Positions 15,080 through 29,348 of a stretch of DNA of 64,000 nucleotides are shown here, piece by piece (within the stretch, counting starts at the first letter, position 1; every line of letters starts with the position of its first letter). Both the position numbers and the translations under genes were made by a program. The notes under the pieces are model-generated. The model was not told the DNA's origin, did no database searches, and saw only the letters and a program-made list of their open reading frames with translations. The stretch is taken from the NCBI RefSeq assembly GCF_006345805.1, contig NC_043012.1, forward strand, positions 30,442,001 to 30,506,000, read 5' to 3'. This stretch comes from Octopus sinensis (taxonomy: Eukaryota).

Positions 15080-15390
15080 TAGATGCTGCGTCCAGAATAT
15101 AGAACGTAGGTGATCATGCCCGGCCACAATTCTCTGTTCCTATTTCTGATATTTAATACGACTTTCTTCCAACCAGTTCGTTTGTTGAACTTGACATCCG
15201 TAGCATCCTTCCCTTTTCTCTGCTTCTTATCCCTTCAATCTTTCCCGGTCATCGCTAAATTTTCCAGGCCCACATCCCTCATCACTTGAACAAGAAATCT
15301 CAGTTGCTTAGCCCTTATTTCGCAAAGCAGTTTCTCATTTACCGCATCCCAGGCCATCACTTCTTCATATATTCTCTGCTACGGGAACCA
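15080..15390 (-). mobile_element. RTE-like LINE 3' fragment
   Basis: Minus strand translates EIRAKQLRFLVQVMRDVGLENLAMTGKIEGIRSRGKGR, typical of the RTE ORF2 C-terminus. Confidence 0.7.
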
Positions 15391-15625
15391 AAATTATATC
15401 AAAGAGAGAAAACATAAAACGGAACCTAATGTATTACACCTTCACAACAAAGTGACAAATATGTTGGAGGTGGCGGTGATGTTGTTGCCGTTGGTGTTGT
15501 CAGTTGTGAGAATGGTGTTCGTGTTGTTGTTGTTGCTGGTGAAGGCTTCATGGTGGTTCTAGTAGTGTACTGTGGGTGTTGGTGGTGATTGTTTTTGTAA
15601 TGGTGGTGGTGGTGGTAGTAGTAGT

Positions 15626-15670
<45 letters not shown>

Positions 15671-15703
15671 CTGGTGATGGTGGTGGTGGTGGTAGTAGTA
15701 GTG

Positions 15704-15748
<45 letters not shown>

Positions 15749-17130
15749 CTGGTGATGGTGGTGGTGTGGTGGTGATGGTAGTGGCTGTGTTGCTGGTGTT
15801 GGTGATACTGCTTAGTGGTGGCGTTGGTGGTGATGGTAATGTTTGTTGTGAGTCGTGGAAGTGTTCGTAGTGGTGACACTGTTTGTTGTTGTTGTTGCGG
15901 TGGTGGTAGTGGTGGGTGAGGTCAAGGCCAATGACCTTCCTGACGCCAGAAAATTGGACGACAATCATTGTTCTTTTTTCTTCTTCATGTAATGGGGAGG
16001 GAGAATGTTGTTGTCGTTGTTGTTGAGGCAAGGACCGCAAATATTTGAGAAAAAAATACCAAACAGAACAAAAATGTTCAAAAAATATGTAAACAAAACA
16101 ATCAAGAAATGTCAAACATAAGAACAGATTATCTCCAACACCGCCAACAACTCCACAACCATCAAAACCCCAAGCACCGCCGCCGACACCTCTTCCTTCC
16201 CTTCCAGGTACACCTTCCCTACGAAAAGAGGTACTCATCACTAATGCTTGAGTACATCACTTGAAGTTTAAGGGAAGCGCAAGGTGGGCGATGGGGGATG
16301 CTAAAGTGAAGAGGAGGCGGTAATGGTGTGGGGACGGGCATGGATGGGAGGGATGTACAGTGATATGACACGACCGCTTGACTGGTTGACCGATTCTGTG
16401 GTTAAAGATCCGGACGTAGTGTCAGATGTAGTTTTAATTGCTATACACACTCTACTTTATATATACATATATACACACTCTGTGTATATGTGTGTGTGCG
16501 TGTGCGCGTGCAAACACACGCACAAACAGACACATGCACTGATATAAACGGACGCTCATAGCCACGCAAACACATATCCACGTTGATGTGTGCAAGCTTA
16601 GACTCTAGCAAGCATCATTTCGTGGTTTGGTGTTAAGTTTTGGTGGTGGTGGTGGTGGTGGGGAATTTCCTCTTCCCCCAGGACCTCTATCTATTCCCAC
16701 TCTTTCTCTTTCCCCCAACTCCTCCCTCCAAAGTACCTCAGCCTCATCTCTCTTTCACTCTTTCTTTGTGTCTCTTTTCACTCTCTTCCTTTCTTTGATC
16801 TCTTTAACTTCGTTGTCTTGTTTATAAATATGTGAGTGTGTGTGTGTATTAGTTACCTTTTAGTAGCGCTTAAACCAGCAATATCCGCCCAAATACCTGA
16901 CTTGTTTTACGTTTTCAAACCAGCCAGATATGGCTTCTCACACCTATCCTACAATGTCCTTCAAAAAGTAAAGCACTTCATCATTGATATTTCAAAGTTA
17001 GATAATCCATGACCAGTTCAAAACAATGTGAAGAAATAAGCATTCGATTTTGCCAGAATAACCTGAATGCTCCAGAATCCAAGAGAGGAATCTATAAAAT
17101 GCCTGGAAATGCACAGTTGTTGCGAACGTG

Positions 17131-17310
17131 GTTGGTGTCAGTGTTCTGTGGTTGGTGTCAGTGTTCTGTGGTTGGTGTCAGTGTTCTGTGGTTGGTGTCA
17201 GTGTTCTGTGGTTGGTGTCAGTGTTCTGTGGTTGGTGTCAGTGTTCTGTGGTTGGTGTCAGTGTTCTGTGGTTGGTGTCAGTGTTCTGTGGTTGGTGTCA
17301 GTGTTCTGTG
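17131..17310. repeat. Perfect 20-bp minisatellite, 9 copies (GTTGGTGTCAGTGTTCTGTG)
   Basis: Nine identical head-to-tail units with no spacers. Confidence 0.97.
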
Positions 17311-18034
17311 GTTGTCAAAGTGAAACGAAAGAGAGTTGGATGAGTTGCTTTGATGGAAAGTGAAACGTCCCCAAAACGTTGTTCGTCGTGCGAAACTGGA
17401 CCAGCGCCAAATCTATATAAAACCACCCTCACTGTCAATACATTAGCTGCATTGGGAAATGTAAATGGACAACAAGTTCTATATTAACTGCACAGTTCCA
17501 AGCTGTATTATGTTGTTCACATGCAATCCCACACACACACCCACATACGCATATATATATATATATATATAGAGTATATATTATATATATATAGATATAA
17601 AAGATAAATGTTTTATATATAATGAACGTGAAATACAGGAAGGGACGAACACGGAACACAGACAAATCATTCGAAGCCTTCAATCTTCAGTCAGACACCG
17701 AATCATCATAGCAAATTTCGGCTGTTCAATTCTGTTACATACATACGCGTGCGTTTGTGTATGCGTGTGTGTTTGTGTGTGAGTGTGTGAGCAAGACGAA
17801 CATTGAAAGTCCTTTGTAACACTTCTCTCGTAAAAGTCCCACGAGTATTCATTCATTCAATGAAAAAGTATGGAGTAATGGATCAGTTTAACGTTTAATT
17901 GTTTTTACATGTAACTTCACAACGTCTTAAATCTTCGAAAAATGATGCAAAGCTACTCTAACATGCTCAATGAAATATTAAAGGCGTGTGTCCGACAGAA
18001 ATGTCACACACTTGAAAACCAAAGATTATCTCTC

Positions 18035-18403
18035 TCTATATAAACGGCAGTTTGTCTGTGTGTGTGTCTGTGTGTCTGTCAGGTTGTACCCTCACCCTGA
18101 CCACGGCTTTCAACCGATTCTGATGAAACTTGACACACACATAGCCCAATGTCATAATTCAAAACTAATGCAGCGAAAATTTTAAAAAGTTCCCCCAGTT
18201 CTGAAAAAAAATCGATAAATTCGACATGGGGTCGAGAATCAGAAACACAAACCACAGACTGTATAGGGGACGCAACTCAACCTTTTTAACTCTCAAAAAA
18301 TATTTATCATAATTTTTTTTCCTATTTTTTGGCTATAACTCTCTAAAAATGCTTTATAGTTATTTCCCTTACAAACCGAGCAACGCCGGGCGATACTGCT
18401 AGT
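18035..18403 (+). mobile_element. Non-autonomous Helitron-like repeat, copy 1
   Basis: Begins TCTATATAAACGGCAG followed by a (GT)-rich tract, and ends with GC-rich GCAACGCCGGGCGATACTG-CTAGT. A reverse-complement copy lies at 36507-36870. The Helitron class is inferred from the CTAG end. Confidence 0.6.
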
Positions 18404-18959
18404 TTCATATAAAATGCGCGTACGTGCCTGAGTATTCCACTCATACAATCACCACAACACAGTAAAGAGACAAGGATGGACCTTTAAGTCTTCCTAAATG
18501 CAGTTCTTTCGCATAGTTTCTAACTCAATAATTCACTGACGAGGCTCGAGTTGATCTGATGCCAGGATACCACTCGCGACGTCATGTTTGAAACACAAAG
18601 TTATTTAACTATCTATTCGGCGCGCGCGCGCACACACACACATAAAATACACACATACACACGAAAACACACTCATACAATACGTACACACACACACCAC
18701 ATATACGGCGACACATTGGCGTATACACTCACATACATACATATGAGATACACAAACACACAACCAAGCACATACAACGACAAAGTACAAGGTTGTTGGC
18801 TGGTTGGTTGGTTGGTTGGTTGGTGGTTGGTGGTTGGTGTGTCGAGATAAATGTGGGACGAACGTATATATTTACCTTGTGGTTTTGGAGCGATGGTTCG
18901 GGGACTGAGGGATAAATTTCTCTCTAGGAGAATGTGTGAATATATAGTATGTGTGTGTG

Positions 18960-19071
<112 letters not shown>

Positions 19072-19492
19072 CATACATATGTATATATACATATACACAC
19101 ACGGTCACACACACACGTGTAAATCTTGATAGTAAGTTGTACAAACACATATAAAACACAAACAGGCTTGGGACATATTTCCAGTCTATATACATATATG
19201 CACGTGCTTCAGTTATGATTCCGTTTAACCATGACGGTACTGATAACCATTGCTAAAAATCAATATTGTTTTATATACATCCATATATATTGACACACAC
19301 ATACACGCACACACATACCCATGAACACACACATGTATATGTATATATGTGTATATATATATATATGTGTGTGTATATATAATGTATATCTGTATATATA
19401 TATGTGTATGTATATATATGTATATCTGTGTATATATATGTGTGTGCGCGTGTGTATACATATATATATATATATAGATATATATATATATA

Positions 19493-19526
<34 letters not shown>

Positions 19527-19780
19527 AGGAGTGTATGAAAAGTCTTGAGCTTTCAAGGCCTTTGAGCCTTAATGACTTGTACCATGTTTTGCTTTCTTGA
19601 AGTTCAAAACTTTTCATACACCCCTTATATATGTGTGTATACGTACACACACACACACACACACACACCCACACATAATATATATAATTATACATATATA
19701 TACATATATATTATATATATAATATATTATAATATATATACATATACATATATATGTGTGTGTGTATGCGTATGTCGACA

Positions 19781-19829
<49 letters not shown>

Positions 19830-20199
19830 CATTTATGTACACTCTATTCATATACAAGCATATTTATTTTCAATAAAAGCTGTGCGACAGTTTACACAAC
19901 TGAATATACACACACCCCTGTATACACATGTACCAGTGAACCTTTAAACCTCAGCGATGACAGCTCATGCATATATTTCACACAGATTGAAAGCAGATCA
20001 AGGCAATGCTTTCTTAATGTTACACAAGTGCTGTAAGAGTCGTTAACAGTGGAGTCTCTGTAAGGAAAACAATATAATGTACACAATACAAACACCGGAA
20101 CGACACACACGCATTATCTGGGGTTTGGCGTCGTCTAATAACGACAAAGGAATCGCACTTCGGCGATGGCCGTTGTATCGCTCTACACTTGAAAGATGA

Positions 20200-20235
<36 letters not shown>

Positions 20236-20308
20236 ATATCTATCTATCTTATCTATTCATCCATCCATCCATCCATCCAACCGTACACACATATACGTCT
20301 ATATGAAA

Positions 20309-20353
<45 letters not shown>

Positions 20354-20498
20354 TATATATATATACATGTATGTATATGTGTGTATATGTATGAATATAT
20401 ATATGTATATATATATATACATACATGTATGTATATGTATGAATATATATATGTATGTGTATATATATATATATATATGAAGTATATATGTATCTATA

Positions 20499-20547
<49 letters not shown>

Positions 20548-20557
20548 ATGATATGAG

Positions 20558-20619
<62 letters not shown>

Positions 20620-20951
20620 CCAAAAGGGACACACACACACACATGTGTGTGTTTCGTCAAACCCCCCTCTCTCTCCACCCTTCACCGTTCGTACCACATG
20701 ACAGCAAAGAAGATGAGCGTGAAAGGATGTCGTGTTAACGACTCAACCTGTCGCAGCCTCAGACAACATACACAAGATACGGTTGTTGTTGTTGTGGTTG
20801 TGGTTGTTATTCTGCTTCTTGCTGCTGCTGTTGTTGTTGTTGTTATTGTTGTTGTTGTTGTTGTTGTTGAATGATGAATGATGATGAGTGATGGTGATGG
20901 TGATGGTGGTGGTGGTGGTGGTGGTGGTGGTGGTGGTGGTGATGGTGATGG

Positions 20952-20983
<32 letters not shown>

Positions 20984-21064
20984 ATTGATGATGATGATGG
21001 TGATGGTGATGGTGATGGTGGTGGTGGTGGTGGTGGTGATGGTGATGATGATGATGATGATGAT

Positions 21065-21126
<62 letters not shown>

Positions 21127-21834
21127 TGATGATGATGCTCTAAGCTTGGGAGTACATACATACATGCATACACGGACATACACATACACACATACATGCA
21201 ACGTTACACATGTATAGACACACATACATGTGATACTGTTTGCTTGGCAATGTAGAATTTGCTGTTGTTGATGATGATGATAATGAAGAGTAGGAGTGGG
21301 AAGAGAGGAGGATGTGGTTATGTATAATGAAGATGAACGATAAATAATTAACAAAAATGTCGATGATGATGATGACAGGGTGGTGGTAAGGGTGAACCGG
21401 TTAATTTCTGCTTGTGAAGTGCCCCATAGTGCCACATGGGGGACCTGCCTTTACGAGGTGATGCAGCTTGCTTAAATATAGCAGTCAGTTCTCCCTCAAA
21501 CAAGATACTTCACAGCTTTAAAAAAGAAATATGGCTAGCTGGAAAAATGTGGTACTGGATGGCCATAATTGGAATGCTTTTCATAATTGATCTCGTTCGG
21601 AATTGTCCTGTGCGTAAACACCACCACCACCACCACCACTACCACCACCACTACTAGTGCCACCACCTGTCTGATTTTCGAGTCAACAAAGGCGTCTCTT
21701 TATGATCGTTGCATCAGCTAGAAATAGCAACCAAATCTCTCACACATAACACCCTATCTTAAAAGCAAAAAGACACGCTGGCTGCTGCAGTTGCTGCTGC
21801 TGCTGCTACTACTACTACTACTACTACTACTACT

Positions 21835-21874
<40 letters not shown>

Positions 21875-23179
21875 ATTTCTCCGACGTCTCTCCCAGACTA
21901 AGCGAACACACTACCGACAACCCCTGACCCACTGACAAACCTACAGCTACAACAACAACAACCCCAGATAATAACGAAGGCCAATGAACAACGCTTCCTG
22001 TTATTCTGCACGTTATAATACATTGTATTGGCGTATCGTCTTCCATCTCTTCCGCCATCTTACACACACGCACGCACACACACACAGACACACGCACACA
22101 CACACGCTCGTACATTTGTCACAGAGACTAGTATACAAATACGTACGTACAGACATACATTCATATATATACACACACACACACGCTATACATATATAGA
22201 TGTACACACACATCCATTTACAAATGACAGTAACCAACACACACGTATTTGCATGCTTATACTCATACTTGCAATCACACCAGTACACACACATAATTAT
22301 TATCAAGGAGAGCAAAGTGAACAAAGTATTTTATTATATTAATTTACAATTGTTTCATCGTCATTCGAAGTCAAGTGTATTGCTTTATTATTATATGAGA
22401 GCTGCAACAATTGACTCGAAGTGTATCGTTATACCGATACAATTGGATGCCGTCTCATCAGAATTCTGTATATAATCCATCTGCTACAGAAAACTTGCAT
22501 TATCACGAACTGATATGTATATAGCCAGTGGGTGTGTTTGTATAAACAAATTTGCATATCACTAATAAATCCAAGAAAAGCAAAAATAATAAATAATAAA
22601 TACAAAATGTCAGCCACTTCTAAATTCTTGCAGCCACATTCCCACAGGCTCAAAGACGCCAAGTTAGATACTGATGTGGAAGATGGACAAAGATAAAGGT
22701 ATCAATGCATTACATAGCACGCCTCACAAACCAATGAGAGGAAGGGAGTTGGAAGAGGAATTTCTATGCACACAGAATTCCCGTGTTTTTTTTTAAATAT
22801 AAAATCCTTGAAAAGAACGAGTTAAAGATTCTGAAATATGTAAATACAAACTGAAAACGAACAAAATTGTACTTTTTCATTCCTGCATTTATGGTTATGA
22901 ACACAGTCAAAATATCCAAATCATAGAACGTTCCATTGAAAATCAATTAAATTCATAATTTTAGGATAACATCACGTGGGTGCTCTAGGATGCATCGTCA
23001 GTGATGTTACGTGTGTTTGTGTTTGTCTATAAATATATGTGTGTGTGTGTGTGTGTGTGTGTAATTCTGTTTAACCATCTTCAGGGATGGGTATTAGATG
23101 TTGAATGGATTCATTAATCGTTCTCCGTTAAGTATTTTGTGGAAGTTTAGCCACTCGTATGGTTGCATCCCTACAATTA

Positions 23180-23430
23180 ATAGGGACTCGGCTTCAGTCG
23201 GTTTCCATGGCGTATAAATGAAATGAGATGACAATGCATTCCCCCCGAACGAGACGCCACCCCTTCACATTGTTAACTTTCCAGCCTTTATTGGAACTCA
23301 TTTACAGCCGAGTGAACTGGGGCAAAGGGGAAATTAAGTATTTTGCTCGAGAACAGAACGCACACTGCCTGCTGCAAGAATCGAAACCACTCTCTTACAA
23401 TCGTGAGTTCAACACCGTAGCCACTAGCTT
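23180..23430 (-). mobile_element. Degenerate tRNA-derived SINE
   Basis: Minus strand has AGTGGCTACGGTG...GGTTTCGATTC (A/B-box-like); similar to the segment at ~24930-25110. Confidence 0.5.
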
Positions 23431-23707
23431 GAACGAGCGTTTTTATAAGCTTTCTCGATTATCAGTCTTCCCAAATTTCACAAAATTAGTTTCAACACAA
23501 TTTTAGTTTTAGATCAAAATAATTGCAAAACGAGTTTAAAACAAAAATCATTTTGTATCAGTTTAGAAGGAAACCAATATTGATAACTTGTATCTTATAC
23601 AATGATGACGATGATGATGACGATGAGGGTGACGATGGTGGTGGTGGTGGTGGTGGTGGTGGTGATGATGATGATGATGATGATTTATTATTTTTTATGT
23701 TTTTCAG

Positions 23708-23921
23708 GCGTCTGGGGAACCTCATCTGTTATACGCTATTTATCAAAGTATGATCGCTGCTTACCTGGTGTTTCTCTCCATCTACAGCGGTTTCGCCTCA
23801 AAACATGGAGTGAAAGTATTCATCTATTTCACATACTGGAATCTCTATTTATGTAGTTTGACGTTTATTATGAAAGCCTATCACGCCTGGCAATTCTATC
23901 AGAAATATAGGGACAACAAAG
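23708..23921 (+). CDS. rost: Rolling stone-like membrane protein, coding exon A (first identified exon; phase 0 start, phase 1 end)
   Basis: Acceptor tttttatgtttttcag|GCG and donor AAAG|gtgagt. The 214 nt encode ASGEPHLLYAIYQSMIAAYLVFLSIYSGFASKHGVKVFIYFTYWNLYLCSLTFIMKAYHAWQFYQKYRDNK. FIYFTYW corresponds to the family FIYLTNW motif. The symbol denotes family, not proven orthology. Confidence 0.88.
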
Positions 23922-25639
23922 GTGAGTAAAGAAGTCTTTTTCTTTTGGTGGGAGGGTGGTAGGGGTGACTTTGTTTTTGTCACCGCTTTTGTTGTTGTTG
24001 CTGTTGTTTGGCCCCACCAGGTATCTCAGATTCAGCACTCGAGATACATGCCGTAACCCGCTCATTACAGATGTCGACACCGCCGCCCATAAAAGTTGAA
24101 TGAATCACCTACACTCAAATGATATATAGTCCGTTTCTTTGCATCAAACTCGCAGTTTGGGAAGTCAACGTAACTGTCTCACCGACTCATCTGTCATGTG
24201 ACAAGAGGCTTTTTTTCACCCCTTTATAAGTCAGAAACTGAATTAACGAGACACCTATTATCGCCAAACTCGCTTCCAATACAGCTGCCGTCACTTCACT
24301 TAATGACTCTTCGTTTAAGACCACCATTGTGTGTGTGTGTGTGTGTGTGTTTACCTCGTTACCCGAGAAAAGGTCACGTACGGATTTTCGTAAGATTCCT
24401 AACTTGTTGATGACTCTCTCGAACAAAGATTAGTTTGTCTCAACTAACAACTTGTCTCAAATGATTTGCTTTAAAACATCTGAAATATTTGCTTTAACTT
24501 GTCTGAACGAACCTTTCAATGCGTGTCAACTGATCAACTCGACTAACCACTTGTCTCAATAGTAGCCATTTCTCTTGGCTTATCTCGACTCTCGTCACAA
24601 TTAAAAATACTTGTCTCACTTGATTCATTTGTCTCAGTTGTTCAGGAACAAGCGACATTATTCTTACTGTGAGCAGTTTGTATTTAATACACAAGTTGTT
24701 GCTATTGCTGGTTTTAAAAATAGCCAGCTTAGCTTGATCAGGCTTTGGACGCATCCCTATGGACTCCACTTAAGTTACACAAAAAGGCGTTAAACTGACG
24801 ACCTGTGAAGTCTTTCCCACGTGGATTTTGACGAGAGTGTATCAATAGGTAAAGACCCCCTTTGGTCATGAATGACCATGGGATTGCACCTAGAAAGTTC
24901 CCTTCCGAGGCACAAGTGCGGGCAAGATTGTTTATGGAAGACCAGCTGTCGTTCCTGCATACCAGCTACCCCACTCCACGCCATCGATGTTACTCAAGGG
25001 AAAGGCAAAAGCTGATACAACTTGACGTCGCTGATCATTTCTACAACTGAGTGAACTAGAACAACATGAAATAAAGTGTCTTGCTCAAGAACGCAACACA
25101 CAGCCTTGTCCGGGAAATGAACTACGAAAAAACAAATAAATTATGCGTGTGCTGGAGGTAGTAAGAAAGTATTAACACCTTGACTGGAGATCCTTGTCCT
25201 CATCTTTGGATCTACTTACTGACGATGTACTGCGTGAATGAAACTGGACGAGAGGAACTCGAGTGGAATGATTTCGGTCATCGAAGATTTGTGCTGGTCC
25301 GTAGCTAAACAGTTACGACACTTGTTACTATCAAACTGACCATGGAGAGACCTTATACGCGATTATAAGACCAGTAAGAAATAGCAGCAGGAACAGGACA
25401 ATTCAGATGACAATGTGCACCCCTTTCACACCCCATTTAGAGGTTATGAGAGTATTTGAAGGGCCAGGTTTCCGATTTACTCGCTGTTTATTATTGGTTT
25501 CAGCCATTAGCTTGCGGTCATGCTGGAGCAGCATAGCCAAAGATTTGTAATCAACAATAACGTTATCAGGTGCATATTTTATTGATCATATGTGAAGGGG
25601 AAGAGCTTGTACGTGGGGGGGGGGTGTATTTTCTATATT

Positions 25640-26050
25640 TTATCCTTTACTTGCTTAAGTCATTAGACCGCGGCCATACTGGGGCACCGCTTTGAAGGGT
25701 TTTAGTCGAATAGTTCGACCCAGGACTTTTTTAAAGCTTAGTACTTATTCTATCCGTTCCTTTTGGCGAACCGTTCAGTTAGGTGGACATAAACGCAGCA
25801 ACACCGGTTGTCAAGCAATGGTGGGAGACGAACAGAGATACAAATACGTATATATACATACATCCATGCATGCATGTATACATACATACATACATACATA
25901 CATACATACACATACATACATACATACATACATACATACATACATGCATGCGACGGCTTCTTTCAGTTTCCGTCTACCAAATCCACTCCCAAGGCTTTGT
26001 CGGCCCGAGGTTATAGTAGAAGACAATTCCCCAAAGTGTCACACTTGTGG
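25640..26050 (-). mobile_element. SINE with internal (TACA)n tract
   Basis: Shares blocks (GCGGCCAT.CTGG.GCAC, CCGGTTGTCAAGC, GGCTTCTTTCAGTTTCCGTCTACC) with copies at 625, 32280, 48810 and 52820. Confidence 0.7.
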
Positions 26051-26169
26051 TTAGGATCAAGCTTCTTTATTTCATTTAATTTGCCACAAGGGCATCACAC
26101 AGATAGAAGCTTTGCGGGTTGGACACGGACATTAATGGGATGAATGATAATGATGCAAAAATGATGATG

Positions 26170-27030
26170 ATGGGAGAAGACGAAAAGCGCCCGCCGACTT
26201 CTCTAAAACAATGTTCTTTTTTCCTTTTTCCCGAAAACACAATGAGGCAATAAACCTCTTACATAAAAAAACACAATGTTCAGATATCTTTTTCCCTTTT
26301 TAAAACACAATGAGGCTATAAACCTCGTACATTACACAAAAAGTCACATATTTCACATTTTGTAGACTCGTTCAGGTTATCCGGCCGACCAGCATCCTTG
26401 CTTCATTGAAGCATGTACTCGGTTCCAGGCCGGACCACACAGCCATATATCTGTAGGAGTCCTCCGGGAAGGAATTCATGATCCTGCACAGATCACTATC
26501 CCATAGGACCTCCGCAGCCACCTGCGAAGGCCACTCAGGGTCCTCCATGCAGGACAGAAGTCCCTCCCATCGGCCCGCCTTTCCATTTTCTTGACTTCAT
26601 TTTCTATGGTTCCTCCTTCGTGGAAGAGGACCACAAATTCATCCTCCAGCGGCACACCCGCCGGAGGAGGTTTGGGACACGCCGACACCGTGTCACAACA
26701 CGCCGGCGATGTCCCGTTTTTCTTCTTTCTTTTTTTTCTTTTTCCCTTGGGCCGCGAGAGGGTGAGGTTCCTGTGATGCGTGCAGCAGGTCCTCCTTTTC
26801 TCCCGCAGCCCTCGGGTCCTTCACCCTTCGTTTTCGTTTTTTCGAGAAGGTGGAAACCTCCTCGTCATCCTCCTCCTTCTCTCCCTCCATTGAAGGAGCA
26901 GGGAGAGATTCCAATATTAACTGCTCCAGGATCCTATTTTGGTCCTTGGGGCTGTTTTTCTTAATGTGGCCGGTCTCCAGGCACAGGTGACACTTGGCGG
27001 GGGGGGGGGCGTCCCTCGAGCATCACCGGA
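26170..27030 (-). mobile_element. Gag/ORF1-like zinc-knuckle fragment (non-LTR retrotransposon-derived), pseudogenised
   Basis: Minus strand reads MLEGRP..AKCHLCLETGHIKKNSP (C-x2-C-x4-H-x4-S at 26951-26992), then acidic/basic low-complexity sequence. GC-rich relative to flanks; ~62-bp direct repeat at 26205-26335. Confidence 0.65.
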
Positions 27031-27194
27031 TCAAGCTTCTTACCACACTGTCACGCCTGCGGAATAGATATTTGCAAATATTAACAAATACATATATATG
27101 AGGGCATGTGTGTATGTATGTGTGTGCATGTACACACACACTCATGAGAGCATGATGTAAAGTTAACTGACGTCCTTGTTGCAATATATATTAT

Positions 27195-27226
<32 letters not shown>

Positions 27227-27426
27227 CATACACACACACACACATATATATTATATATATTATACATATATATATATACATACACACCACACACATAATA
27301 TAATATATATATTCATTCAAAATGAGACTGCATGTATACCGTTGCCGATTTTTCCCTCCGTCTTCCCTATATAATGTGTGGTGTGTATATATATATCTAT
27401 ATATTATATATATATAATATATATAT

Positions 27427-27457
<31 letters not shown>

Positions 27458-28035
27458 GCTGCTCACAGCTATGGTCAGCCACCAGTGTAAAATTAACAGC
27501 GGACCCTGAAGCAATCCAGAGAAGATTCACAAAGAAGATCGTCTCTTTGCAACAGCTCAGCTACTGGGAAAGGTTGAAACAGCTAAGACTCTACTCCCTG
27601 GAGAGAAGACGGGAGAGGTATGCAGTAATATATGTCTGGAAGATCCTGGAACGAATTGTGCCAAATTTTGGCATTGTAAGCTACACCAATGCTAGAACGG
27701 GACGACACTGCATAGTGCCAAAGATCCCAGCAATGCCATCACGCTTCAGGACCAGCTTCTGCAACAGCCTGGGTTTCAAGGACCCACAGCTTTTTAATAT
27801 TCTCCAAAAGAGTCTGAGGAACTTGCACAAAGTAGATGTAGCGGTTTTTAAATCAAGCTGGACATCTTCCTGTCAAGAACCCAGATGAACTACCTCACGG
27901 CAAGAGGTGCAAATGAGAGTAGCTATATCAAACTCCATTCTTCACCAAGTGCCACATATTAGACGAGGTTCGTCGTAATAACAGTGTAGCACAAAACGGC
28001 GGTGTATCAGCATGGCCGCAGCTCTGTGCTGAAAC
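27458..28035 (+). mobile_element. CR1-type LINE, 3' fragment
   Basis: EAIQRRFTKKI..LQQLSYWERLKQLRLYSLERRRERYAVIYVWKIL is the characteristic CR1 ORF2 C-terminus. Confidence 0.85.
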
Positions 28036-28243
28036 TAGATTTCTGAAAAGGGTCAGTTTCTCTCGAGGGTGCTAATGTCTGTAACCAACACACATCTAAC
28101 GCGATGAAGCACTTCACAGCCAACGATGCGGCTGCAGACATAAATAACTAAAATCAAAATGAGGTGTATAACTTAATCAGATTAATTATAGTGGATCAGA
28201 TTTCTCATTAGGAGTATTAACTTAATGAAACACGGCTCGCTCG

Positions 28244-28284
<41 letters not shown>

Positions 28285-28592
28285 TCTCTCATTCTATAAA
28301 TATATATATGCATGTAGATCTATAAGGTATGCGCACACACACACACACACACACATATATGCATTTGTATATATTATGTATCTAAGTGTGTGTGTGCGTG
28401 TGTGCGTGCGCATGTGTGTGTCTATGTGTTTGCATATATGTCTCTGTATGTATATGAGTATGCATATATGTGCCTATATATTTTGTACATACACACACAC
28501 AAAATGTAATATATAGGTATATATTTATGTGTGTATATATATGCATGTGAATATAAATATGTGTATATATATATATATGTATATTATATATG

Positions 28593-28626
<34 letters not shown>

Positions 28627-28641
28627 TATATATACAAATAT

Positions 28642-28694
<53 letters not shown>

Positions 28695-29302
28695 TGGTGT
28701 ATGTATGTATATACTGTATATATATGTTTGTATATATGTTCGAATACACACACACACAATCACATGTATACACGGCGCGTGCACACACTTGATATGTCTA
28801 GGGAGCTGCGATAATATTCATTAGAGCTGCGATGGGGGCAATCAAAGTGCCTGGATGTTCTCCTTCCATGGGTGGCTGATAACATTGAGTATTTTCTGTA
28901 TCGGGTGGATTAATCTTTATATAGTGCACCTGGGTTTCGTTTGGAGGGTATAGATGGAATATTCAGTGTATATAGCCACTTTATAAGCCCGCACTACAAG
29001 TAGCGCACTTGCTGCTCCCAGGCACAGGCTAATAGGCCACGCCCACTTTTACACGTACACGCACGAATATATACGTGCATATCTGCCTCTGTGGATGAAT
29101 GTGTGTGTGTATACGAGTAAAAATTATATCCATCTCAAATGAAAACATCGCTATAACAGCTGTGTATTAATACAGAGATGTGTGATGACTATGTTTATAT
29201 TGATATACAATATATGTTCGTTGGTGTATTATGAAACGCGTGTGTATGTGTGTTCATATATATATATATATGCATATAAATACATATATATATGTGCATG
29301 TT

Positions 29303-29348
<46 letters not shown>

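Noticed and set aside
16109-16207. MSNIR...HLFLPFQ|gtacac as the first coding exon (phase 0)
   Set aside because: Derived from CAA/CAC/CCG low-complexity sequence, weak donor, and no family similarity beyond the last residues.
17131-17310. 20-bp repeats as a CRISPR array
   Set aside because: No spacers, no cas genes, and an animal genomic context.
17315-17368. Two AAAGTGAAAC IRF-like motifs
   Set aside because: Short motifs in probable repeat-derived, A-rich sequence, with no promoter evidence.
17660-17700. Minus-strand CTGAAGA-TT-GAAGGCTTC-GAATG
   Set aside because: GAAA and helix III are absent in this copy.
21500-21620. SFKKEI / WKNVVLDGHNWNAFH resembling a rolling stone N-terminus
   Set aside because: Needs two frameshifts to join exon A, and the DNA resembles the repeat 3' end also seen near 6850-6920 (GGATGG.CA..G.TGGAA.GC).
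22429-22662. Hydrophobic 77-aa minus-strand ORF
   Set aside because: Hydrophobicity comes from an A-rich plus-strand tract; no convincing splice sites or homology.
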